Of a stretch of 64,000 bases of DNA, positions 50,955-59,289 are shown piece after piece. This DNA is from Deltaproteobacteria bacterium (GTDB lineage: Bacteria > Myxococcota_A > UBA9160 > SMWR01). The notes under the pieces were generated by a model. It was not told the origin of the DNA, ran no database searches, and was given only the letters and a program-made list of their open reading frames with translations. The stretch lies in contig JAQBGU010000232.1 of NCBI GenBank assembly GCA_032128375.1, positions 3,106 to 67,105 of the forward strand. The letters run 5' to 3'. Made by a program: the position numbers and the translations under genes. The first letter of the stretch is position 1; every line of letters begins with the position of its first letter.

Positions 50955-52031
50955 ATGAGGCTCTACAAACTCGAGGCACTGCGCGGGTTCGCCGCGGTCT
51001 ACGTGGTGTGCCACCACTCGCTGCCTGCTCACTTCACTCGATTCGGAATCGATTGGGGATACCTGATCCGCTTCGGCCAGGAAGCTGTGATCCTGTTCTT
51101 CTTGATCTCCGGTTTCGTGATCCACTACTCGCAACAGCACGCCTCGGATCCCTCGTTTCGCAGCTATTTCCTCAAGCGGTTCACGCGGATCTATATCCCG
51201 CTCGTGTTCGTGTTCCCGATGACGTACGGGTTCGTCAGTCTGCAAGCCGGGGCGCTTGTCGCTCCGGATTGGCCGACGTTGTTCGGAAACCTGCTGATGT
51301 TGCAGAACCTCGCAAACTGGGGGCAGCAGGTGATCGTCGATCCCTACATGTCGAATAAGCCGCTCTGGTCCCTGACGTACGAATGGTGGTTCTACATGCT
51401 GTATTTTCCGCTGGTGTCGCGAATCGCCGATAGCGAGCGCCGCACGCGGATCGTACTGCTCGGATCCGTGGTGGCCGCTGTCGGCTACCTGTTTTTTCCC
51501 AACATCGTGTTTCGCACGCTGATGTATCTCGGTTTGTGGTGGTGCGGCGTCGCGCTGGCAGAATTGTACCTCCGCCGCGCTCGCATCGATTTCGCGGCGA
51601 TTCGATTGCCGTTGGCCACACTGCTCGTGATCGACTCGATTCTGGCTTGGAATTTCTGGTGGCGACTCGATCTCCTGCCGCCCGGAAGTCTCAGCAACTA
51701 CCCTCTGATCGAGCTGCGGCATTTCGGGTTCGCGACGGTCGCGTTGATCGCGGCCGTCAGCTGGCAGCGGATCGGATGGATCGGGTTCGACACGGTCTTC
51801 AAGCCGTTTCTGATTTTCGCGCCGATCTCGTACGGGCTCTATGTCAGCCACTACCGGATCGTTCACCCAAGGTTCTACCTCGCCTTCATCGACAACCCGT
51901 ACCTCGAATGGGCGGCTGCCATCGCGCTGCTGGTCGTCATTGCCAGCCTGGTGGAGCGCGTCGCGTATCCGCGGATGCGAAAATGGATTCTGCCGCCGCC
52001 GCGGCCGCGGGCCGATCGAGAACTCCTTTGA
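50955..52031 (+). CDS. membrane O-acyltransferase (acyltransferase_3 family)
   Basis: Start MRLYKLEALRGFAAVYVVCHHS (family signature). About 10 TM helices. Confidence 0.8.
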   Translation: MRLYKLEALRGFAAVYVVCHHSLPAHFTRFGIDWGYLIRFGQEAVILFFLISGFVIHYSQQHASDPSFRSYFLKRFTRIYIPLVFVFPMTYGFVSLQAGALVAPDWPTLFGNLLMLQNLANWGQQVIVDPYMSNKPLWSLTYEWWFYMLYFPLVSRIADSERRTRIVLLGSVVAAVGYLFFPNIVFRTLMYLGLWWCGVALAELYLRRARIDFAAIRLPLATLLVIDSILAWNFWWRLDLLPPGSLSNYPLIELRHFGFATVALIAAVSWQRIGWIGFDTVFKPFLIFAPISYGLYVSHYRIVHPRFYLAFIDNPYLEWAAAIALLVVIASLVERVAYPRMRKWILPPPRPRADRELL

Positions 52032-52087
52032 CATCGATCCACCGAACAGCTCACAATGGGAGGCCGCTGACTGCCACGGAGGATCAC

Positions 52088-54853
52088 ATGTTGCATCTCA
52101 TCGCCCGTTACGCGGTCCGCCCCTTCCTCGGAACGCTCGCGGCGTTGGCGGTGCTACTTTCCGGGAGTCCGGCGCACGCCGTTTACGAAAATTTCGAGGC
52201 GGGGCACGTGCGTCCCCTCGCATTGTCGCCCGACGGCAGCCAACTCTTCGCGGTCAACACCCCCGACAACCAGCTGTCGATCTTCGCGGTTACTGCACAG
52301 GGGATGGATCTCGTGGGCGAGGTACCGGTCGGGCTGAGACCCGTCGCAGTCGCCGTCGTCGACCTGGGTGGCGGGGCCCTCGAGGTATGGGTCGTGAACC
52401 ACCTCTCGGACAGCGTGAGCATCGTCGCGGTCGACGGCGTCGACCCCTCGAACAGCCGCGTCCGCAAGACGCTCCTGGTCGGCGACGAGCCGCGTGACAT
52501 CGTGTTGGGTGGTGCAGGCTTTGCGTTCATCACGACGGCGCGCCGCGGCCAGCACGATACCGTACCGGCCGCCAACCTCTCGACCGCTGGTACGCCGCGC
52601 GCGCTCGTCTGGGTCTTCGACACCGGAAATACAGGCGCCGGTATCGGCGGCACGCCCGTCAACGTGATCGAACTGTTCACGGATACGCCTCGAGGGCTGG
52701 CGGTCAGCGCCAATGGAAACACCGTGTACGCCGCGGGTTTTCGCTCCGGAAATCAGACGACTGTGATCAACGAAAACGATATCACTTCGGGCGGGGGCGT
52801 CCCGGCCTTTCCGCCCGGCTCGACGGCGGGCGCACCCGAGACGAGCCTGATCGTGAAGTTCAACGGAGTGAATTGGGTCGATGAAGCGAACACGATCTGG
52901 AGCTCGGACATCCCCTTCTCACTGCCGGATCGCGACGTCTTCCTGATCGACGCAACGCTGAACCCACCGGCACTGGCCGGGGGGACCAACAGTATCTCCG
53001 GGGTCGGCACGACGTTGTTCAACCTCGCCGTCCGACCCGACAACGGCAAGCTCTATGTCACGAACATGGAGATGCGCAATCAGGTCCGCTTCGAAAACCT
53101 CGTTGGCCTCGACGTCGGACTACAAGCCCACATCGCCGAGACGCGCATCACGGTGATCGACGGGACGGTCACGCCGCCCGACCCGATTCACTTGAATGCG
53201 CATGTCGACTACACGGTCGCAACAGGCTCGCAGCTGGAGCGTGACCAGAGCCTCTCGATGCCGCTCGACCTCGTGTTCAACAGCGCCGGCACGCAGCTGT
53301 ACGTCGCCGCCTTCGGCTCCGCGAAGGTCGCAGTGCTCGACACGGCGGCGCTCGAGGGCGGCACGATCAGCCCCGACCGAATCGATGTAGCGGGTGGACC
53401 CAGCGGGCTCGCGCTCGACGAGGTTCGCGATCGGCTCTACGTGATGAGCCGCTTCGACAACCGCGTTACGATCATCGGGGGCCCCGCGAACCCGGCCGGC
53501 CGCGCGCAGTTGGCGACCATCGACCTGCACACCCCGGAGCCACCCGAGGTCCTGGCAGGGCGCCGATTCCTCTACGACGCGAACTTCAGCTCGGGCCACG
53601 GCGATGCCGCCTGCGGGACCTGTCACCTGTTCGGCGACATGGACAAGCTCGCCTGGGATCTCGGCAACCCGTTCGGCACGATCGAGCCGAACCCAAACTC
53701 GGACATCTTGATGGCGTTGTTCGGGTTCGGCGGAGGCTTGTCTGATTTTCACCCGCTCAAGGGCCCCATGACGACCCAGAGCTTGCGCAGCCTGTCAGGC
53801 CAGGGCCCGCTGCATTGGCGCGGCGATATGACGAACGCGGTAGACGAATTCGACGACGTCACGAACTTCTCGGGCTTCAGCGGAGCCTTTGTCCACCTGC
53901 TCGGCCGAGCGACCGAACCCAGCCCGGCGGATTTTTCGGCCTTCACTGACTTTGTGCTGACGCTCGAGTACCCACCGAACCCGATCAAGAACCTGACCGA
54001 CGTGGGGAGCGCCTCCGAAGTGGCCGGCGAAGTGGCCTTCGTGAGCGCGCCAACGGGCGGAGGGGTCATCGCCTGCGCACCCTGTCACTCGCTGCCAACG
54101 GGGACCAATGGATTCACGCTCGACTCGACCTTCGTTGACGTGGGAAACCAGGGTATGAAGATCCCCCACCTGCGCAACATGTACGACAAGGTCGGGGCCT
54201 ACAACGCCGTCGGCGACCAGGTGAGCGGCTTCGGGTTCCTGCACGACGGCAGCGACTACAGCATGTTCGAGTTTCTCAGCATCGCCGCGTTCCAGTTCAG
54301 CGGAACCGAGAAGACGGATATCGAGAACTTCCAGATGACGGTCGACACCGGCTTCAAACCGATCGTCGGTCAGCAGGTATCCGCCGATGATGGCAACTTC
54401 ACGGACGCCGCGGTCATCGATCGCATCAACCTCATGGTCGCCCAGGCGGATCTCGGAAACGCGGACCTCGTCGTGAAGGGAATCGTCGGCGGCGAGCCGC
54501 GTGGGCTCGTCTATTTGGGTGGCGGCCAGTTTCAACAAGATCGCGCGGGCGACCCGAATCTCACTACACTGCAGGTTCGCAGCAACGCAGCCGCGGCCGG
54601 GCAGGAGCACGCATTCACGGCGGTGCCGGTCGGAACCGGCACGCGGATCGGTGTCAACCGCGATGAGGACGCTTTGCTCGATGGTGATGACAATTGTCCA
54701 GGTTTTCCGAACAACGACCAGGCCGACTTCGATGTCGATGGGCTCGGTGACCCTTGCGACCCGACTCCCCTTCCCGAGCCGGGCGCGGTGTTGGTTCTAC
54801 TCGCCGGCATCTGCGCGCTGAGCGGGATGGGACGCTATCGCGACAGTGGCTGA
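52088..54853 (+). CDS. secreted beta-propeller protein with two CxxCH haem motifs, thrombospondin-type-3 repeat and PEP-CTERM anchor
   Basis: Start MLHLIARYAVRPFLGTLAALAVLLSGSPAHA. YVTN-like repeats (LALSPDGSQLFAVN, RGLAVSANGNTVYAAG, LYVTNMEM, PSGLALDEVRDRLYVMS). CGTCH and CAPCH. DGDDNCPGFPNNDQADFDVDGLGDPCD. C-terminus LPEPGAVLVLLAGICALSGMGRYR. Confidence 0.8.
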   Translation: MLHLIARYAVRPFLGTLAALAVLLSGSPAHAVYENFEAGHVRPLALSPDGSQLFAVNTPDNQLSIFAVTAQGMDLVGEVPVGLRPVAVAVVDLGGGALEVWVVNHLSDSVSIVAVDGVDPSNSRVRKTLLVGDEPRDIVLGGAGFAFITTARRGQHDTVPAANLSTAGTPRALVWVFDTGNTGAGIGGTPVNVIELFTDTPRGLAVSANGNTVYAAGFRSGNQTTVINENDITSGGGVPAFPPGSTAGAPETSLIVKFNGVNWVDEANTIWSSDIPFSLPDRDVFLIDATLNPPALAGGTNSISGVGTTLFNLAVRPDNGKLYVTNMEMRNQVRFENLVGLDVGLQAHIAETRITVIDGTVTPPDPIHLNAHVDYTVATGSQLERDQSLSMPLDLVFNSAGTQLYVAAFGSAKVAVLDTAALEGGTISPDRIDVAGGPSGLALDEVRDRLYVMSRFDNRVTIIGGPANPAGRAQLATIDLHTPEPPEVLAGRRFLYDANFSSGHGDAACGTCHLFGDMDKLAWDLGNPFGTIEPNPNSDILMALFGFGGGLSDFHPLKGPMTTQSLRSLSGQGPLHWRGDMTNAVDEFDDVTNFSGFSGAFVHLLGRATEPSPADFSAFTDFVLTLEYPPNPIKNLTDVGSASEVAGEVAFVSAPTGGGVIACAPCHSLPTGTNGFTLDSTFVDVGNQGMKIPHLRNMYDKVGAYNAVGDQVSGFGFLHDGSDYSMFEFLSIAAFQFSGTEKTDIENFQMTVDTGFKPIVGQQVSADDGNFTDAAVIDRINLMVAQADLGNADLVVKGIVGGEPRGLVYLGGGQFQQDRAGDPNLTTLQVRSNAAAAGQEHAFTAVPVGTGTRIGVNRDEDALLDGDDNCPGFPNNDQADFDVDGLGDPCDPTPLPEPGAVLVLLAGICALSGMGRYRDSG

Positions 54854-54973
54854 ATCGACTCGAAGTCTCTGGCGAACGCGCGGCTGTGAATCCAGCCGCC
54901 AGCAATGCGTGCGGGGGTCGACGATGCCACGATCCGCTACAGATCGTCGAGCGCCGACTGAGCTGCAGCTCCA

Positions 54974-56932
54974 TCACGGCCCGGCACGCGATGTGGGTTC
55001 GCGAGCGTGGACGGATGCTTCGAGCGCGTCCAATCGTGCGCTGAGTCGGCGGACCTGCCCCTCGAGGTGTGGTGTGCCGGCGACCGCGTCTCGTGCCGTT
55101 TCGAGCGAATCGCGCGCTTCTGTCGTCCGACCGAGATTGATCCAGTTGCGCGCGATCATCACCGCCAGGCGCGGAGGCGCCGATTCCCCGAGTTCTGTTG
55201 CGACGCTCAAGTAGATCTGCTGAGCGGCTTCGGTGTCGCCCAGTGCGTTCCTTGCCTGGCCCACACAGGTTCTAAAGGTCGCGACGCCGCGCGTCGGGTG
55301 AGGTTGGCGGGCTGCGACCTGGTCGAGTGCAATCACACCCTCGTAGTCCTGCATGCCGAGTAGACTGATACAAGCGAGTTCGAACGCCGAAAGTGGGTTG
55401 AGGTAGCTGGTCTTTTGGGCTGAGGAGCCTTCCAGCGGAGGTGAGGAGCCTTCCAGCGAAGGTGAGGAGCCTTCCAGCGAAGGTGAAGAGCCTTCCAGCA
55501 GCGGCAGCAATCTCGCCGCAGCGGCTGCGAACAGTCCCCGATTGAATTCATCGAGAGCCAGAAGGTAGTGGCCTTCGCGGTAGTCGGGATCTCGCTCGAC
55601 CGCCGGCCCGAACAGCCGCGCGGTTGACTGCCAATCGGGCAATCGAATCCAAGTGCGCTGACCCAGCGCGAGCACGGTTGCGACCGACAGCCCTGCGAGC
55701 AGCGGTACGCGAAGCCGCGGGACCATGCGCGCGAACAGCGCGGGAACGCAATCGGCTAAGAGCAGCGCGGTGCCGAAACAGGAAAGATACACGTAGCGCT
55801 CGCCGGTGGCGTGGAGGTTTGGGAACAAACCGGCGGTGGGAACGAACGCAATCCAGATCCATACGATACCGAGCGCGCTCATCGGTCGGCGTCGAACCAG
55901 CGCGACAGCCGCCACTGCGGACCCGACCGCCAGGCTCGCGCCGAACCAGAAGCGAAGGTCGGCCGGCGATCGAACGATGCGCAATACGTCGCTCGTCGTC
56001 GAGTGCAGTGGGAAAAAGGTCCAACCCAACGCTGCTGGCCAGTTCGCGACTGATGTCGCGATTTGCGCCGCGTAGTTTCCGCCGATCGGCGGCAGGGGTG
56101 GAAGACCGCCCACGATTGCAGCCCGCCAGACCGTCATGTAGACAACGCTGATCGAAATATGTGCGGCCGCGATCGCGATCGCGCTTCGGGTGTCGATCTT
56201 GCGAGCGGCTGTATGTTGGGCTGCGATCAGGCATGCGACCAACAGGATCGGTTCGACGGCCGCGCGCTCCTTGGAAAGCAGCGCGGCGACCAGCGCGACA
56301 ATCGAGCTGATTGCGAATCCCGCCACCCGCATGGGGCCCGCGGACGAAGTGCTGTGGATTCCGAGCCAGATAGCGGCGATCGAAAACAGTGCGCACAGAG
56401 TTCCGGAAACACCCGAGATCCACGTCGTCGTCTCGATTGCGACCGGGTGTGCCGCCATGAACAGCGCGGCAAAAGAGGCCGCCGATACGTTTCCGGTCAG
56501 TGTCAAAGCCAAAACGCCGAAGGCGGCAACACAAAGCGCTCCGGCGAGTATCGTTAGGCTGCGATACGCGCGCGGGGTGTCACCGAGCCACTGTGTCGTC
56601 AGACTCAGTAGCGCAACCTGCAGTGGCCGGTAATACGGTTGTGTTGCGCCCGCGCCACGAAAAGCGATGCGGTGCAGGGGCTCACCGAACGAAGCGACAA
56701 TTTCGCCCGCGGGCCGAATCATCGATTTTTGTCCGATTGCCGAGATATCGGTCCAGACGAACGGATAGTCGAGAGAACGCGATTGCAACAATGCGAACAA
56801 GATGGCCGGCAGCACCGCGACACAGGCCAGCGCGGTACGCCCGCGGCGAATTCCACCGGCGGCAGCGGTGTCTAGACTGGGAATCGAGCCCACGCTGGCA
56901 GTTTGTCTGCATGCGACCGGCTTGTCCACCAA
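54974..56932 (-). CDS. TMTC/PMT-like polytopic membrane protein with C-terminal TPR domain
   Basis: N-terminal DYPFVWTDISAIGQ...YYRPLQV (DUF1736/PMT_2-like). About 10 TM helices. C-terminal TPR-like helices. Internal (LEGSSPS)x4. Confidence 0.7.
   Translation of the reverse strand: MVDKPVACRQTASVGSIPSLDTAAAGGIRRGRTALACVAVLPAILFALLQSRSLDYPFVWTDISAIGQKSMIRPAGEIVASFGEPLHRIAFRGAGATQPYYRPLQVALLSLTTQWLGDTPRAYRSLTILAGALCVAAFGVLALTLTGNVSAASFAALFMAAHPVAIETTTWISGVSGTLCALFSIAAIWLGIHSTSSAGPMRVAGFAISSIVALVAALLSKERAAVEPILLVACLIAAQHTAARKIDTRSAIAIAAAHISISVVYMTVWRAAIVGGLPPLPPIGGNYAAQIATSVANWPAALGWTFFPLHSTTSDVLRIVRSPADLRFWFGASLAVGSAVAAVALVRRRPMSALGIVWIWIAFVPTAGLFPNLHATGERYVYLSCFGTALLLADCVPALFARMVPRLRVPLLAGLSVATVLALGQRTWIRLPDWQSTARLFGPAVERDPDYREGHYLLALDEFNRGLFAAAAARLLPLLEGSSPSLEGSSPSLEGSSPPLEGSSAQKTSYLNPLSAFELACISLLGMQDYEGVIALDQVAARQPHPTRGVATFRTCVGQARNALGDTEAAQQIYLSVATELGESAPPRLAVMIARNWINLGRTTEARDSLETARDAVAGTPHLEGQVRRLSARLDALEASVHAREPTSRAGP
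55421..55504. repeat. 21-bp tandem repeat x4 inside the TMTC-like gene
   Basis: TGAGGAGCCTTCCAGCG(G/A)AGG x3 plus a degenerate fourth copy. In-frame heptad LEGSSPS on the minus strand. Confidence 0.85.
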
Positions 56933-57142
56933 ATCTCATCCGGACATATTTGCGTGATACGAGTTTCGTGTACTCCCCCCACGAGCATCACCGTTGCATG
57001 AGAATCCCCGCATCACCCGACGAATCCGACGCAATGCGGCTGACGGCTGCGTTGCGCATTGAGGGAACCCTCCAGGAGTCGACTGCAGATTCATCGAGAA
57101 TCATCGCGGCTGTGGACCGGAGCGCAGCGCGGCCCCTGCTTG

Positions 57143-57715
57143 CTAGAAACGCGCAGCCGGCTCGGGAATCGGGCAGTAGGCACCCTCCGAGAAGCCATGG
57201 GCGGGGATCTCCAGCGCGTGATTCAATCGCGCCAGGTAGTTCTCCCAAGCGATGGCCGCGCTCAATTCCACCAGCTGCTTGGCGTTGAATTCCTTCTTGA
57301 GTGTTTCGAACAACTCGTCTGGGACATTCACCGATGTCTGTGTCATCTCTTCGGCGTACTCGATCACGGATTTTTCGAGCGCCGTCAGTACGCCGCTTTC
57401 ACGGTAGTTCGGGAGATCGCGCAATTGTTGGTCAGTGACGCCGTGTTTTCTGCCGACGGCAGAACCGATGTCAATTCAGAAGTGACAGCCGACGAGCAAC
57501 GCAACCTTGATGGTCGCGAGTGCCTTCAGGTCTGCGGGCACACTCGACGCACGTTCGCTGATCATGTTGTACGTGCCCATTGCGGCCAGTACGCCGGAGT
57601 GGTGACCGATCACGCGAAGCGGTTCCGTCTCGGCTCCCAGGGTTCTCATCGAAATGAACCGGGACAGTCGATAGAACCAACCCGCCTGTTTTCCGACACC
57701 TTCGATTCGCGTCAT
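57143..57715 (-). CDS. AhpD/carboxymuconolactone-decarboxylase-family protein with in-frame UGA (putative selenocysteine, C-x-x-U)
   Basis: Track ORFs 57476-57817 and 57143-57424 are one frame interrupted only by TGA at 57476-57478: ...KVALLVGCHF[TGA]IDIGSAVGRKHGVTDQQLRDLPNYRESGVLT... In this family the motif is G-C-x-x-C-(I/V)-D-(F/I)-G, so the TGA replaces the second Cys. Start at MTRIEGV (57715). Confidence 0.65.
57448..57464 (-). other. SECIS-like hairpin downstream of the in-frame UGA
   Basis: mRNA reads UGA-AUUGACAUCGG-UUCUGCC-GUC-GGCAGAA. This is a 7-bp perfect stem (or 6 bp with a CGUCG loop) starting 11 nt after the UGA, with GU in the loop. Confidence 0.5.
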
Positions 57716-57870
57716 CGCAATTTCCTTGTCTGATATGGGGTCCGTTGAAAGGTCTGTTGTCGGCCGTTTGGTGGACGCCGTTTTTTGAGGTCGCGCGACC
57801 GCTTTGAGCGAGCGCACAGCACGAGTCTACTGATCACGGGCCGAGTTCTCATCGGAGCCAATTCCGGCGT

Positions 57871-59202
57871 TCAGCGGCTCCGATTGGCTCCGTTGGGGCC
57901 TTCTCGCTCAGCGCTACTGGGCCTGACCGCCAGCGTGCTCTCGATCTCGATGGGCTCGCCCGCTCTCGACAGGGTCATTGACAGCGTCTGGCCCGGTAAC
58001 ATCCCGATCAGTTCGCGACGGAATGCGACGAAGTTCGGTATCTCGATGCCCTCGACGCGTCGCACCAGGTCTCCGTCGAGCAATCCCGCAAGTGCCGCCG
58101 GGCTGTTCGGGACGACTCCCTCGATGACGACAGCGTTGTGGTTCGACTCGCCGAGCTGTTCCGCTTCGCCCGGTTCGAGTGCACGGGCGGAGGCACCGAA
58201 CCAGCCGCGGTCGCTTCGGCCCGAAATCAATAGTGGCATGACCCGCTTTACGGTGTCGATCGGGATTGCAAATCCGATGTTCTGCGCGTCCGATACGATT
58301 GCGGTGTTGATCCCGACTACTTCGCCGCGAAGATTCAACAGCGGGCCGCCGCTGCTCCCCGGGTTGATTGCCGAGTCTGTTTGCAGGTAGTCGATCAACG
58401 AGGCTCCCTCACCGGGAACGATGCGCTCCTTGGCACTCACCAGACCCGATGTGACCGTGTGGTTCAAGCCGAGTGGGTTGCCGACTGCGACGACCATCTC
58501 GCCGACCTCGAGTGCGGTCGAGCTGCCAAGTGGCAGGATCGTCATACCGGGCTGGGGTTCGATCCGGATCAGCGCTGTATCGGAAAGCGGATCGATCCCA
58601 ATGATCTTGGCCGGGTACTCTTCCGGATCTCCAGCCCGCACGACACGAACGTCTGTCGCGTTTTGAACGACGTGAGCGTTGGTGAGGATGTATCCGGCTT
58701 CATTGATCAAGAAACCCGAGCCCAGGCTGAAGCCTTGCGACTTGTACGGAATCGGGACTTGGAATGGGATGAAATCGAGTGCTGCCGACAGCAGCGGAAT
58801 TCGAATCGGCAACAGGTCTCCGGGTACGAACCCGATTCGCGCTTCCCTCGCTTGCAGCACCCGCGTATACAAGTTGACGGTTCCGCCCGAGACAGAGGCT
58901 GCGATGTTCGAGAACGTCCGATGGTGAATCGGAATGGCTTCACCCGGCGGGGTCGCCAACCCGTCGGTCCAAAATCCCGCGAGATCGAGTTCGGCGGGGT
59001 TGATGTTGCGAAAGCGCGAGTCGAAGACGGGGTCATCCTCTGCAACCAGCGGTTCATTGGTCTGGCGTGGAGCCAGTGTGCAGCCGCTGACCCATGCGAC
59101 GGCCGCCAAGCCTAGCCCAAGCGCACAAATAATTGATTTCAACCGTTCCCCCGAATCTCGTCGTCTGTTCGCAGTCGGATAAAAACAGCACGATCGCACC
59201 AT
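57871..59202 (-). CDS. HtrA/DegP-family serine protease with PDZ domain (lipoprotein)
   Basis: LGSGFLINEAGYILTNAHVV (His), D.ALI (Asp), TDSAINPGSSGGPLLNLRGEVVGINTAI (Ser). C-terminal PDZ (GLLDGDLVRRVEG). Lipobox VAWVSGC. The exact start is unclear. Confidence 0.85.
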   Translation of the reverse strand: MVRSCCFYPTANRRRDSGERLKSIICALGLGLAAVAWVSGCTLAPRQTNEPLVAEDDPVFDSRFRNINPAELDLAGFWTDGLATPPGEAIPIHHRTFSNIAASVSGGTVNLYTRVLQAREARIGFVPGDLLPIRIPLLSAALDFIPFQVPIPYKSQGFSLGSGFLINEAGYILTNAHVVQNATDVRVVRAGDPEEYPAKIIGIDPLSDTALIRIEPQPGMTILPLGSSTALEVGEMVVAVGNPLGLNHTVTSGLVSAKERIVPGEGASLIDYLQTDSAINPGSSGGPLLNLRGEVVGINTAIVSDAQNIGFAIPIDTVKRVMPLLISGRSDRGWFGASARALEPGEAEQLGESNHNAVVIEGVVPNSPAALAGLLDGDLVRRVEGIEIPNFVAFRRELIGMLPGQTLSMTLSRAGEPIEIESTLAVRPSSAEREGPNGANRSR

Positions 59203-59289
59203 CGGCTCTTCTGCCGCTACACCTGAACAGGCGCCGGGCCGCCACTTGGCGAATTGTTCGAATTCTTCACCGTCGCCACATCCGATTTG

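Noticed and set aside
50895-52034. 379-aa minus-strand ORF opposite the acyltransferase_3 gene
   Set aside because: The plus-strand product has the family N-terminal signature (LEALRGFAAVYVVCHH) and ~10 TM helices. The minus-strand product is a charged, low-complexity shadow.
57476-57478. Treating the TGA in the AhpD/CMD-like gene as a simple nonsense mutation (pseudogene)
   Set aside because: This is not fully excluded but is disfavoured. The TGA falls exactly on the redox Cys column, both halves are otherwise intact, and a well-placed hairpin follows. It needs the sel gene check described in the finding.
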